From the NCBI RefSeq assembly GCF_046119375.1, contig NW_027362769.1, positions 365,986,001-366,050,000 of the forward strand: a DNA stretch of 64,000 nt. The letters are read 5' to 3'. This document shows positions 50,879-64,000 of this stretch, piece after piece; within the stretch, counting starts at the first letter, position 1, and every line of letters starts with the position of its first letter. This DNA is from Phyllobates terribilis (Eukaryota). A model generated the notes under the pieces. That model was not told the DNA's origin. It saw only the letters and a list, made by a program, of their open reading frames with translations, and ran no database searches. A program made the translations under genes and the position numbers.

Positions 50879-53649
50879 TTAGATGCTCCTATCAGTTATA
50901 ATGCCCCCGGCGGCACTAAAAACCCGCTCTGACAAAACGCTAGTGGCAATGCAAGCCAGGACCTCCAAGATGTAGAGAGACAGTTCATGACACGTGTCCA
51001 GCTTGGATACACAATAGTTGTAAGACACAGAGGAATTACGGAGGACTCTGGTACGGTCAGCAAGGTACTTCTTCAGCATCTTCCAAAACTTTTCCCTCCT
51101 TGTGAAACTACCCCGCTCATAAGGGCCTGGGCGCTGGGAGGGTCTGAGAAAACTGCCCCACACCTTTGACAGTGTTCCCCTGCCTCTGCTGGATTGGAGT
51201 TCTGTTTCTCTCACCTGCACTCCTTGGTTGTCCAAGGAACTGTGACCTCTGCCGCCAGCATTGTCAGCTGGGGATTTTTTTAGTAATTCTTCAACAAGGG
51301 CCTTCTGGTACTGCAACATTTTATTAGACCTCTCAGTCACAGGAAGGAGAGATAGAAAGTTCTCCTTGTAGCACGGATCTAGAAGTGTGACCAACCAGTA
51401 ATTACTGTTGTTCGAAATACGTACAATGCGAGGGTCACAGAAAAGGCAGCGGAACATAAAGTCAGCCATGTGCGCCAGACAGCCAACAGCCAAGACTTCC
51501 CTGTCCCCACAAAGAGGACAACTGTCCATGTTCTCATCCTCATCCTGGTCCTCCTTCTTGTCCTCCCCCTTTTCAGTCCATCCACGCTGAACAGACGGTA
51601 TGAATGTGGTGTGGATAGTACCGTCTTTAGCGCAGGAAACCAGTTCCTGTTCCTTCTCCTCCTTTTCCTCCTCATTATCACCCAATCTGCATTGAGATAA
51701 GGTGAGACTGGGATGTGTGGAATCACCCTGTAAAGTTCCTTGCTCCATCTCATCGTGCTCCGCCTGCAATGCCTCCTCTTTAATTGTGAACAGAGAGCGT
51801 TTCAGTAGACAGAGAAGCGGGATGGTGACACTAATTATGGCGTCATCGCCGCTCACCATCTTGGTGGAGTCCTCAAAGTTTTGGAGGACTGCACAGATGT
51901 CATACATCCATGCCCACTCATCAGCTCTAATGTGCTTAGGCTGACCTGAATTACAACTGCCTGTTGAAGCTGGTACTCAACAACTGCCCTCTGCTGATCA
52001 CAAATCCTTCCTAACATATGCTGAGTTCCAAAGTGTGGTGATATCACACACCAGTCGGTCAGCTAGAAGCTGCAAACGCTGCTGAAGCACTGTCAGGGCA
52101 GCAGAAGCTGTAGCTGACTTTCTGAAATGGGCACACATGGCATACTTTCAAAAGAAGCTCAGGCCGCTCTGGGTAGGTTTTGAGAAACCGCTGAACCACG
52201 AGGTTAAGCACATGGGCCAGGTATTATACGTGTGTGAGGTTGCCAATCCTCAGAGCCGCCACCATGTTCCGGCCATTGTCACCCACGACCATGCCTGGCT
52301 GTATGTTCAGTGGTGAGAGACAAAGATCTGCCTGCTTTGTTACAGCTTTCAACAACTCTGCAGCAGTGTGCAGTTTGTCGCCTAAGCAGATAAGCTTCAG
52401 CAGAGCCTGTTGCTGCTTGGCCGAGGTAGTGATACAGTACTTTCAGCTTCCAGCTGATGTGGTCCTTTTTATAGATGGAGGCTGAAGAGGAGGATGAGGT
52501 GCAGGAGCTTTAGAATGTGGGGGCAATCCGGATTGACCCGGGGCCCGCAATCCTCGGCGTCGGGAGGATGTGTACCGTCCCAAGGTCCGACTAGGTCCCG
52601 GCTTCCATTATATTAACCCAGTGTGCCGTCAGTGAAATATACCATCACTGGCCAACTAGTCAGGTGCTTTGCTGTCATGTGCCTGAGCATACTGGTGGTG
52701 GTCAGGCTGGTAGTTTTGCTGCTCCTGCTGATGCTGGCATGGCAGATGTTGCAAATAGCCTTTTTTGGGGTTATCTTGACAGTCTTTAAAAAAGAGCCAG
52801 ACTCTGGAAGACTAACAGTTGGACTGGCAACTTCTCTCGTATTGGTGTTTTGGGGAACAGTTGCCTGCCTTGTGTCTGTGGCCACCCCACTGCTTCTTCC
52901 TGCTTGTTGTGGTTATACGCCTCTCTCCCTCTCTGCACTGCTCTCCTTGCTATGCATGTTATTTTGCCAGGTTTGGTCAGTGACTTCATCGTCCACCACC
53001 TCGTCTTCCATGTACGCACCCTGGGCCTCTTTCTGACTTGCTGGCAATTGTGTCTCATCATCATCCACCTTTTGCGACAGTAATTGCACTTTCCCACCGT
53101 CGCCTTCGTGTGATCGTGGCTGCTCAAAATTTTGGGCATCACTACATGCGTTCTCCTCTTGCCCCGATTGAAGTGGACAAAGCGAGAGGCCAGAATCTAT
53201 CAATGGAAATGTGAGCAGCTGTTCGGAGTATCCAAGTGTGAGATCACTTGTCTCTGGACACTCGGTGTGGTGGGAGGAAGGAGGATCAGGGTGAGGATTA
53301 TGTGGTCCAGAGTCACGGCTACTGAGACTGGACCATGTGGAAGAGAGGGTGGTGGTAGTGGCAAACTGATTGAAGCATTATCTGCTATCCAACCAACAAC
53401 CTTTTCACACTGCTCTGTCTTCAAGAGTGGTGCTCCGCAGCCCCCTAAAAAGTGGGACAGGAAGCTAGGTTGACATGTGTGTGCTTGTTGTGCTCCCTCA
53501 GCAGGCACAGTTTCATCTTGCCCACGGCCTTGGGCTCTGCGTACGCCATCAGCATCACGTCCACTTTCCCGTCCCTTACCATGCACCTTGTCCATTTTAA
53601 ATGGAGTATAATATTTTGCAGCTTCCAAAAATATCAGGATTAATATCAC
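50879..53649 (-). pseudogene. hAT-superfamily transposase remnant
   Basis: BED finger KAICNICHASIS...MLRHMTAKH (52613-52885), LLDPCYK, and dimerisation motif CIATSVLSERVFSAAG; multiple stops and frameshifts. Confidence 0.88.
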
Positions 53650-55799
53650 AGTAATATCTCACCACATGAGATGGACAACTTTCTCTACTTGTATAATGCA
53701 GGTAAACAGTATGCAACAGCGGAGACACAGGGGGAACAAATGTATATTTCTTTTATTTAACAACTAATATAAACTGTAAAACATGTACTATATTGTAACA
53801 ATTTGTTTACAACATTTGACAGTAAAATCAGCCGTAAACCACATAACAGAATAAATCAGAATACACTAGAATTCAGGGGCTGGTAGTTTAAAATGATCTA
53901 TTGGAGGGAAGGGGAGTTAGATTGTCATTAACTATAGTGGGCAAGGGGTAGTCTTTTAAATCTTTGGCAATACTCTGTTCCTATCACAACTTGCTGCCCG
54001 TTTCCCCCGTAACTCTCTATCCACTTTTGCAATGTCGCTCTGGCGTCTGCTGGTCCCAGTCTAACTATTGTCTTTCCCTCTATCCGTTCCCGGTACCGTA
54101 TGTCCCTGTCAGAGGTAGTGTCTCGTCTCGCGTGTCATTCCTGGTCACTGACCTGACCGTGAATCTCCCATCTGACACCTCCGGAGCTTCTGCTACGTCA
54201 CTAGTGCACACGTCTGAGAACCGTGCCACCGAAACCTGTTCCCTTTCTGTCGACCGACATCACCCGGCTGAGGAACCTTGACTGTAGTGATGGGTCGGTC
54301 GCGAATAGTGATGAGCGAGCACTAAAATGCTCAGGTACTCGTTGCTCGGGTCGAGCAAATTGGAATACTCGGGTGCTCGACCTGAGCAACGAGCCCAATG
54401 TAAGTCTATGGGAAACTCGAGCATTTTTCAGGCGGCTCTCCCCAGCAGTCTGCAGAGGGCCTAAAAATTACCCAAATCGATGGGAACAGTGCTCAAATGA
54501 TATGGTAACAGCATGGGGAAGACCCCTGGAAGCATTTCTGACTCCCAGGTCACTGCTGTCTGCAATGTTGTCAGAGGTATTACGCCACTTTTACGGACTC
54601 ACAATAAAACATACAAAAACGAATCCAAAATGGATTTTCCTGGGAAATATGTCAAGGAACATCCTTTCCAGGGTAATAACTTGTGAATATGGCAAAATAA
54701 ATAACCAAAACCAAAAATATTTCTCCACACCTTGGGCTATGTTCACACGTAGCGTTTTTGATGCGTTTTTGCACTTTTGCATTGCTTTCAACCAAGACAA
54801 ATGCATTCACTGGGAAATGTCATTTTACAACCTTATCTGGCCATCTGGTGTGTGACACATCATCAGAAACATGCATACAGTGCTGAAAAGACATGGGAAC
54901 AGCATGGGGAAGACCCCTGGAAGCATCTCTGACTTCCAGGTCACTGCCTAAAAGTGTGCCCATCATAAGTGATCCTTGGCTCATGCAAAGATGCCTCCCG
55001 CCATGCACCTGTCGCTGCAGACTTGCAACAATCACCGTCCACGTCCTTGTCCCAGTGCAGCGTTCAGTTGTCCCTAACCCATTCCTTGGAATGGAAGCGC
55101 AAATATGCAGCCAGCCAACCACCCACCCACAGGCCGCAATAATATACTGCCAAATTTTTGACAGCTGCTTGCACTTGAAATGTGGCCTTTTAGGCTCATG
55201 GAGGGGGAAGCTGTCCACAATCTTATGGTGGCGGCGACCGAGTATCCATACTCCATACTATCCATATTTGGTTCCCAGCCGCCACTATTTGTCCCGGTGT
55301 CTTCTCCACAAGCACGGGTGCCACAACATTACCCGTGCCCTCCCCAGTGAACTTACTGGGAAGGACCGCCTAACCACAAACACATGGACAGGTGAATGTG
55401 GCCAGGGACGGTACGGAGCCAGTCCACAGATTTTTTTTGCTGAGTTGTATTTCACCACAGCCATATTAATAGAGGCTATACATTCTCCTGCCTCCAATAA
55501 TATATACCTGACAGGAGCCTATACATTCTTCTGCCTCCAGTAATATATACCTGCCAGGAGCCCATACATTCTCCTGCCTCCAATAATATATACCTGGTAG
55601 GAGCCCATACATTCTGCTGCCGCTGCCTGGGGCGACGCCGGTCCGTCCTCCACAGTGCGCACAGAAAGCCTGAGACTGACCTCCTTTTCACGCACCAGCA
55701 GTGTCGCTCTGCGAAGAGGAGGCAGAGGGGCACTGCAGCAGTAGGCAGAGCAGGGAGATCGCTCTCCCTGCTCTGCCGCTGCAGAGGGTCCATCACTAA

Positions 55800-56021
<222 letters not shown>

Positions 56022-56399
56022 TCTGCTCTGTCTGCTGCTCCGCCATCACCATCACCCCAAAGGCTCTTCTAAGAGCCACCACACCATCTACATCAGAGCT
56101 GTGGCTGCTCCTGTGTCCTCTCCTGTCTACGTCTATTCACAGGGTAAATGGCAGGTGGCGCTAGTAGAGCTGATTAAGCCTTTCTAGACTGATAGTGAAA
56201 CCTATGAATGAGTTCCTTCACAGCTCTGATCCTTTCAGTAATCTTATGAGCGAGTTGTCCTGTGTTCAGTGGCTTTTAACTCAACCACTTGCTCCCCAGA
56301 TCAGATATTCCGGGGTCTCCTTTTTATATATTTATCTGTGTCACAGAAGAGCAGATCTCACAACTTTCCAGCCTTTACTTAGTAATTTTCCTCCTGCTG

Positions 56400-57310
56400 A
56401 AGTCCTAGATTCCTCTTTCATTGCCCCCATAAAGTATGACACCCCATAAAAGTGTCCCCCAAACACAGTATGACACCCACAAGGAGAATGCCTCCACATG
56501 CACAGTATAATGAAGCTATTGTACCCCACCTCAAATCCCAAGGCAAAGTTTGGTGACCCCAACACAGTATGATCCCCCAATTGTGACCCCTACACAGCCC
56601 TCCATACAGCATAATGGGCTTACATACAGTATAATAGCCCCTACACAGCCCTTCAAACAGTATGATGGACCCCACACAAACTTTCACACCATATAATTTC
56701 TTTCATACAGTATAATGGCCCCCCACATAGGCCTCAAAATATTATTATGGCCCCACCTAGCCTTCCATATAGTATAATGTGCCCTCCATAATCCTCCATA
56801 TAATATAATGCGCCCCCCATAATCCTCCATATAGTACAATGAACTTCCCATGGTCCATAGAATATAATGCACTCCCCCTAGCCCTCCATACAGTATATTA
56901 CACACCCTATAGGGTAAAATGCAGCCCCCATATAGTATAATGCACCCCACAGTCTTGCAATATTATGGGCACCACGTACTTACTGATTTTAAAATACTGT
57001 ATATTTTATAAAAGCCAACCAGAGTATAAGCCGAGGCCCCTAATTTTACCACAAAAAAATGGGAAAACGTATTGACTCGAGTATGCATGGCCTCCTCATC
57101 CCCCAATCCTGGTATGGATGCCCCCCTCATCCCCCAATCCAGGTATGCGTGGCCCCCCTCATCTTCCAATCCTGGTATGCGTGCCCTCCTTATCCCCTAA
57201 TCTTGGTATGTGTGGCCCCCTCATTCCCTAATCCTGGTATGCATAGCCTCATTATCCCCCAATCCTGGTATGTATGACCCCCTCACCCCCCTTCCTGGTA
57301 TGCATGGTCA
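56400..57310. repeat. Degenerate roughly 28-30-bp minisatellites inside non-autonomous element remnants
   Basis: CAGTATAATG(C)CCCC-type and CCCCTCATCCCCAATCCTGGTATG-type units. Confidence 0.65.
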
Positions 57311-57457
57311 CAGTTATCTCACCGGAGATGTTTATGTGTTTGGTTGGGGGATGAGTCGCATTGTGAAGCTGGCGCCTTATCAGAGCTCTTCCCTCCATTA
57401 CCTGCTGCAGCGTCACAGCTACACACAGGGTCAGACACGATATTACACAGGTGATTG

Positions 57458-58451
57458 TGTGGCACCCCAGGGGTCTGGTTTTCCACAGTAATGTAATGTT
57501 ATGTCTGAGAGCAGGTGGGAGGTCCTTTGGTCAGGGATCCTGTGCATGCCACACCTCCTGCCCAGTCTTGGGAGGGGAAGAACTTCCCCTGTATAAACCC
57601 TGGGCTGAGGCAGGGTTAGTCAGTCAAGGAGAGTAGAGACAAGAAACAGTCACAGAAAGAAACAGCAGAAGCTCAGTGGGAGCAATACTACTACAAGTCA
57701 GGGGCTGGCAGCTGCAGAGCTCGCCCTGACTGAGAAGCTTTCTTACCGGACCCGGCGTCCGAGGCTGTGGGGACTAACTCTTACCCAGCAGCAGAAGCCG
57801 ACCGGCAGGGGATTTCAGGTCCTCAGGCCCAGAAACCCGAAGGCACGGTCACACGCGTGGGACCAGCACCGCCATCGTGGAGCGGAAGCCATTAGAAGGC
57901 CCCGAGTCACCGGCCATACGGGTGAGTACCACACGGTACACTCAGGGACGTGGGCTACTTATATCCGCTTCTAGCAAGGTAGCCAGAAGAGTACAGTCAG
58001 TTTGGGAGGCCTACAACTCCGCCTGGCCAGGGGAGATCCCATCTGCTCAAGGACTGACCAGGCCCCGTTCACTAGCAAGTACTCCGGGAGGGTCTATCGT
58101 TGTTACCAGTAAAGACCCTGAATTACACCGCACCGTCTCTGAGTGGTTCCTGCTACCCCCATCATCCACATCTGCTGCCCTGAGGCCATACCCCTCCCGT
58201 TGGGGGTTATACCATCTACGCTGCACCATCCATCCACCGGCCTCAGCGGACTGTCCTGCAGCGGCAGCTCCATAGCTGCATTCAACGGGTGGCGTAGTCG
58301 TCCTGCATCTACCGCTGTTACATCGCCGCTCAGTTTGACTCCCTGGGCACGGACCGGGTCACCGCCACGAGACTACAACCCTCAAGAGATCCGGCTCCGG
58401 GTAAGCTCCCGCGTGTGCAACGCAGCGCGACACAGGCCCAGGGGCGCGTCA
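57458..58451 (+). repeat. 5' LTR
   Basis: TGTGGCACCCC...GGGGCGCGTCA; TATAAA near 57592; followed by the PBS. Confidence 0.85.
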
Positions 58452-58455
58452 ACTT

Positions 58456-58474
58456 TGGTGTAGTCGGCAGGATT
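58456..58474 (+). other. PBS, tRNA-Ser
   Basis: TGGTGTAGTCGGCAGGATT (one G:U pair versus tRNA-Ser). Confidence 0.88.
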
Positions 58475-58892
58475 TCGTGCCCGCAACCACCGGGTACTAC
58501 GTGCCTGAAAAAGAGACTTTTCAAACTTACCTGTGGTGAAGATTCCCGCCATCCGGCGCCATCTTCAGCCTTCTTCCCGCCATCGGTGAAGTTTCCCGCC
58601 ATCCGGCGCCATCTTCTGCCTTCTTCCCGCCATCCGTGGAGTTTTCCCGCCATTGGACGCCATCTTGAGGACGCCGCACGGGAAGATGAGGGGCGTGGAC
58701 TCCGAAAGCGCGCGAGAACTGAAGCCCCGCCTCACGTCCGGACGTTGCGTAAGGTCCTGGAAGGAGCCCAGCAGACGCCGACGTCACAGGAGCGCGACGG
58801 AAGGTCCTCAACCCTGACGATCCACTGCGGAGCCGCGGCCTACGGAACAGGATCATCGCAAGGTAGGCCACGGTCCACTAGGGGGGAGGAAG

Positions 58893-59873
58893 ATGTCGGA
58901 TACGGAGGAGAGCTTCACTGCCTCAACCCCCGCCAGCGCTACCGCTGCTGCAGTTATGCCCTTCACCAAGCCCTATATCCCGGGAGCAGCTTGGCTACCC
59001 CAGTACTCAGGGGAGTCACATACCCTGCATGACTTTAGAGAAAAGCTGGATAGCCTCTTCCAGGTGTACCCCCTCACAGAAGAGCAAAAAGTGAGCATCC
59101 TGGTGGCCCAACTAACCGGGGCAGCCAAAAGGGAAGTAAAATCCTGGCCACCTGGGAGGAAGACTGTCGCAGGGATACTAACCCGGCTGAAGGACACCTT
59201 TGATACCCGCACCTCAGCCGAGATTAAGCTTAGATTCTACGGGTGCAAGCAGCGAGCGCATGAGAGTATAAGGGACTATGCACTAAACCTACAAGAGGCC
59301 CTGAGGGCCATTAAGCAGACCGACCCTGATGGAGTGGGAAACGAGGACAGGCTGTTGACCGAACAGTTTATAGAGGGACTGTATTGTAATACCCACCGAA
59401 CCCAGTTGCGGGCAATGGCCTTACAGGATCCCCATCAGGGCTTTGCACAGTTCAAGGACAGAGCCATCCGGGTGCTCCGAGAACCGGCACCGGGTGGCGT
59501 TGTGACCCACAGGCGCCCAGCTAGCACTTACCACCAGGAGGCGGCGCCCTTGTCGGCAGGGCCTGTGGGAGCTGATGCGCAGGCTTTGGACAATGACCCG
59601 GCTCCAGACCTACACCATCAGGTCCAAGAGCTAGCTAAGAGCGTTGCTGCGCTAACCCGAACTGTGCAGTCTTTACAGGTTTCCACCCCAGGGAAGATCC
59701 AGCTGGCATCCGGACCGGAGGACATCCCGTGGCGTCGACCAAGGAGGACCCCACCGGCCAGAGGAAGACCCAGTGACCGATACAGCAAGGACGGACGACC
59801 CATCTGCCGCCGCTGCAATCAACCTGGACATATGGCAAGGTACTGTTCTTTAAACGGGCACAACCTGGGGTAG
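58893..59873 (+). CDS. gag: gag, 326 aa
   Basis: PQYSGE...LTGAAKREV, E.I.DY...L, CRRCNQPGHMARYC zinc knuckle. Confidence 0.92.
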   Translation: MSDTEESFTASTPASATAAAVMPFTKPYIPGAAWLPQYSGESHTLHDFREKLDSLFQVYPLTEEQKVSILVAQLTGAAKREVKSWPPGRKTVAGILTRLKDTFDTRTSAEIKLRFYGCKQRAHESIRDYALNLQEALRAIKQTDPDGVGNEDRLLTEQFIEGLYCNTHRTQLRAMALQDPHQGFAQFKDRAIRVLREPAPGGVVTHRRPASTYHQEAAPLSAGPVGADAQALDNDPAPDLHHQVQELAKSVAALTRTVQSLQVSTPGKIQLASGPEDIPWRRPRRTPPARGRPSDRYSKDGRPICRRCNQPGHMARYCSLNGHNLG

Positions 59874-62800
59874 AGGGCCAACCCCCAGGAAAAAGATCAC
59901 CAGGCCCATCGAACTGGCGCGACAGATATGTGGGAGGACGTCCAGTCTTGCCTGTGGTACTGGATGGCATTCCCATGAGTGCCCTACTGGACACCGGGTC
60001 ACAGGTCACCACCATCCCGTACGTGCTCTTTAAGCAGTACTGGAATGACTCGGATATTACCCGCTACCCTGACGACGACTTGAGTATCATCGCCAGCAAT
60101 GGCCAGCCCGTGCCACAGATCGGATTTAAAGAGGTGACCATCAAAATCGGTAGAGTCGAACTGGCAGCACAGGGACTGATCATTGTAGATATTGACAAAC
60201 ATGAGAGTCACCCAAAAATAACTCTAGGAACTAATGTAATTGAAAATTGTCTTGCAGAGGTGATTTTCCTTTTACAGCAGGTTGCCAAGAACGCCAGCTC
60301 CGGCGAGCAGCGGGTGCTCCAGAAAGAAATCCGGGCACTGATGCGACGGCAACAGGTGGAACTCTCCGGCGGTGAGATTGGTAGCGTAAGAATGTGTGAC
60401 CCTTTTCCTATTGCCATGCCCCCAAAAAGTGAAATGATGATTTGGTGCCGGGCAGCTATTGGTCTGAGAGGTAGAGATTACCAGGCAATGGTAGAACCAG
60501 TTTACTCGGACAGTAGGCCCACCATTTTGACAGCACGGGGGGTGGTTGATGTACGCCATGGGAGGGTGCCCGTTCGCATAATAAATATCGGGGAGAGGGA
60601 AGTGTACCTGCCCCGGTATGCCACGCTAGCCAAATTATATACCATTAACCAAAATTCTATACAATCTGTGGAACCCTTGCCTCCATCTCACCCGGAGGAA
60701 GGTAACGGCTCTAAGAAAAACATGGAGGACTGGTGTCAGCAACTACATCTGGGTACTGACTCCACTCCCGCACACCAGAAACAAGGAGTCTATCGGGTGG
60801 TTCAGGAGTACGAGAGAGTGTTCAGTAAACACCCGTTAGACTTCGGGCGAGTCAAGGGGGTAGAACACCACATCCCCACGGGAGACCATCCTCCTATAAA
60901 AGAGAGGTATCGACCCGTACCCCCTGCCCACTACCAACACGCCAAGGGGATGCTTAGAGACATGAAGAAGGCTGGGGTGATCAGGGATAGCTGTAGCCCC
61001 TGGGCAGCTCCACTAGTCTTAGTCCGAAAGAAAGACAACACCATGAGGATGTGTGTAGATTACCGGAAAATCAATCGTATCACACACAAGGATGCGTACC
61101 CCTTACCAAGGATAGAGGAGTCATTGGCTGCTTTAAGATCTGCTAACTTCTTCTCTACCTTGGATCTCACTAGCGGGTACTGGCAGGTTCCTGTAGCAGA
61201 GGCGGACCGGGAGAAGACCGCATTCACCACCCCGATGGGACTTAGCGAGTTCACCTGCATGCCGTTCGGACTCTGCAACGCACCGGGAACCTTCCAACGA
61301 CTAATGGAGTGTTGTCTGGGCCACAGAAACTTCGAGACGGTCCTGTTGTACCTGGACGATGTCATCGTATATTCCAAGACGTATGAGGACCACCTGAAAC
61401 ACCTGGCGGAAGTGTTCGAAGCTCTTGCAAGTTACGGCCTAAAGGTGAAACCCTCCAAGTGTCACCTCCTGAAACCAAAGGTGCAGTACCTGGGACACGT
61501 GGTAAGCGCTGACGGAGTGGCTCCCGACCCTGATAAGATCACCGCAATTAAGGAATGGCCAAGCCCCTCCAGCGTAAAAGAAGTGCGGCAGTTCCTCGGG
61601 TTGGTAGGCTACTACCGAAGGTTTATTCCCGGTTTCACCAAAAAGGCAGCACCTATGCAGGACCTCCTGATAGGCCAGTCCCGGAAGGCCAAGAACCAGA
61701 AGCCGCCCTTCAAATGAGAGGAGCTGGAAGAAGAGTCCTTCCGCCAGCTGAAGATGGCCCTCACGGGGGACGAAATCCTGGCGTACCCGGATTATAGCCA
61801 GCCCTTTATCCTCTACACCGACGCCAGTAACATCGGGCTAGGAGCCGTACTGTCCCAGATCCAGCATGGGAAGGAACGAGTAATCGCCTACGCCAGCCGA
61901 AAACTGCGACCCACCGAAAGGAACCCCGAGAATTACAGCTCATTTAAGTTAGAGTTCCTGGCCGTAGTATGGGCAGTCACCGAGCGCTTTAAGCATTACC
62001 TCGCTTCTTCCCGGTTCACCGTGTACACGGATAACAACCCGTTGACACACCTGGACACGGCAAGACTCGGTGCCCTGGAGCAGAGGTGGATGGCCCGTCT
62101 GTCCAACTACGAGTTCACAATCAAATACCGGGCAGGACGCTCCAATACCAACGCGGACGCCCTGTCCAGGATGCCCAACCTGCCGGACGGAGGAGAAGAT
62201 CCGGAGGGACTGGAAGAAGTTGAACTCCCTGCGTTCCACCGTCATGGGACTATCCAGTATTCCCACCGGGTAAGGAGTAAGCAGGCTGCTACGTTGAACC
62301 CCTTACCCCACTACAACTGGGCGGAAACGCAAGACAGCGACCCTGCCGTCCGACTGGTGAAGGAGATGCTGACTCGGCCGGAGGCTCGCCTTGAACCAGA
62401 CGCTCCGGAGGAAGCCAAACAACTATGGGCAGAGAAGAGTCGACTGTTCCTTTACAAAAGGAAGTTGTGCCGCAGAATGGTTAACTCCCGGACGCATGAA
62501 TTACTCTGGCAAGTAGTGGTGCCACGAAGAGACGCAGCCATGGTGATGGAGGCATACCACGACGTAGCTGGACACTTCGGGTGGAAGAAGCTGGAGTTCC
62601 TGCTGCGCGAGCGGTTCCACTGGGTAGGCATGAGGGGAACCATCGAGAAGTGGTGCAGAGACTGTGGCCCGTGCAACCTGAGAAGGAAGGACCGTGCCAG
62701 CCAGAAGACTCCCCTGCAGTCCATTGTCACCCGGCAACCGTTGGAACTGGTAGCCTTGGATCATGTAAAACTGACCCCAAGCAGAAGTGGCTACGTCTAC

Positions 62801-63985
62801 GCGTTAACCATCGTGGATCATTACTCCCGGTTTCTGGTTGTCGTCCCCGTCAAGGACTTAACGGCTCAAACAGCAGCTAGAGCCTTCCAGCAGCACTTTT
62901 GCCGTCCACACGGGTACCCGGACCAAGTGCTGACGGACCAGGGACCTGCCTTTGAAGCGGAGGTCTTCCAGGAATTCTGCAATCTGTATGGCTGCCGGAA
63001 GATAAGGACGACACCCTACCATCCGCAAACTAATGGACTTTGTGAGAAAATGAACCAGGTGGTAATGGATCTTCTAAAAACGTTGCCCCTGGAAGAACGC
63101 AGTCTGTGGCCTGAGAAGTTGCCCGATCTGGTGGACCTATACAACCACATCCCGGTAGGTTCCACCAACTGTACCCCGGCTTACCTAATGAGGGCAAGAC
63201 CTGGTAAGTTACCTGTTGACCTGGAAATGGGAGTCCTGACACCCGAGGACACTTCACCAGAAACAGACTGGGACACAGAGAGGCAGCAGCAGTACCGGAG
63301 AGTACAGGAGAGCGTGGAGCGAAGTCTCTGTCAGGCTAGGGAAAGACAAGAGAAAACTTACAACCAGTATGGTCCCGCTGTTCCCCTGGTACCCGGAGAG
63401 CAGGTCTTGAAGAGGAAGAGACGGCTCCACAAGTTGGATGACCAGTGGGAGAAGGACCCGTACACCGTACTGCCCTCAAGCCACGAGAACCCGAAGGTTT
63501 GTACCATCAGTAAAGACGGAGGGGAAACCACAGCCATTGTATCCCGGGACCACCTGAAGAAGTGTCCCGAACAACTGAGAAACCCTGAAGAGGAACAAGA
63601 AGACCATCGACCCGTAGAGGAAAGGGAAGATATGGTTAGTACTGTGCTCGGGGACTTCCCTCGGTCTTGGACTCAAGTCAATGGTGCAGTTGTGGTACCC
63701 GTACTCACCTTCCTCCAACCAGCATCCCAAGCACCTACGGAGCAACAGGTAGAGCTGGAAGAACAGCCGGTCCAGGAGGCAGAAGACTCCACACAAGCAG
63801 AACAGGAGGATCAACCCTCTGCTTATAGTGAGCCTGCCGTACCCCTAGTGAGACAAAGAGCCGGTAGACAGCTGCCCAGTTTACCCTTGACAGCTCCTAC
63901 ACCCTGTAGTTCAGGGCTAGACAGTCAGCTCCGTAGGTCCACTAGGGCCACTAGAGGCCAGTTACCCGCACGCTGGAGGATTTGA
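59852..63985 (+). pseudogene. pol: pol in the -1 frame, with one in-frame TGA at 61715-61717
   Basis: LLDTGSQ, MCVDYRKIN, YLDD, LYTDAS, HHCC, LDH...TDQG...GLCE; ORFs 59930..61717 and 61754..63985 share a frame. Confidence 0.93.
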
Positions 63986-64000
63986 AGTGTATAAATTGTT

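Larger units (their letters stand above)
57458..64000 (+). mobile_element. Non-chromoviral Ty3/Gypsy LTR retrotransposon, nearly intact; 3' LTR lies outside the window
   Basis: LTR, tRNA-Ser PBS, gag with CCHC, PR-RT-RH-IN. Confidence 0.95.

Overview
Eukaryotic, vertebrate DNA, most likely an anuran amphibian. This is inferred from the histone H2A/H1 sequence style and from the CR1, T2-MITE, Penelope and hAT repeat content. The window is a replication-dependent histone gene cluster heavily invaded by transposons. Apparently intact genes: H1 (32447), H3 (34572), H4 (36631), H2B (44059-44439, partly N) and H2A (44772). Damaged or orphan parts: a decayed H4, a 3'-truncated H2A, a 5'-truncated H2B, and two back-to-back orphan 3'-processing signals. 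Mobile elements: a defective chromovirus (Tf1/sushi-type Gypsy, 1-5420) inserted 4 nt after an H4 stem-loop; a degenerate Penelope-like element with a hammerhead ribozyme; a non-autonomous tRNA-Ser-primed LTR element (11567-25086, TSD CATG) holding a nested Helitron, a full-length CR1 LINE and a hAT MITE; a second Helitron; a solo LTR; hAT transposase remnants; and a nearly intact Gypsy (57458 to the window end). The most striking observations are these. (1) The non-autonomous LTR element has no pol and instead carries a UAAUG-coupled ORF pair, the second encoding a cold-shock-domain-like protein. (2) Two unrelated minisatellites start right after the H1 and H2B stem-loops, and each unit carries the U7-binding downstream element (about 21 and 8 copies). 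(3) A tRNA-Ser PBS mimic is conserved inside the LTRs of three different LTR families. All calls come from reading the sequence by eye; no searches were run.
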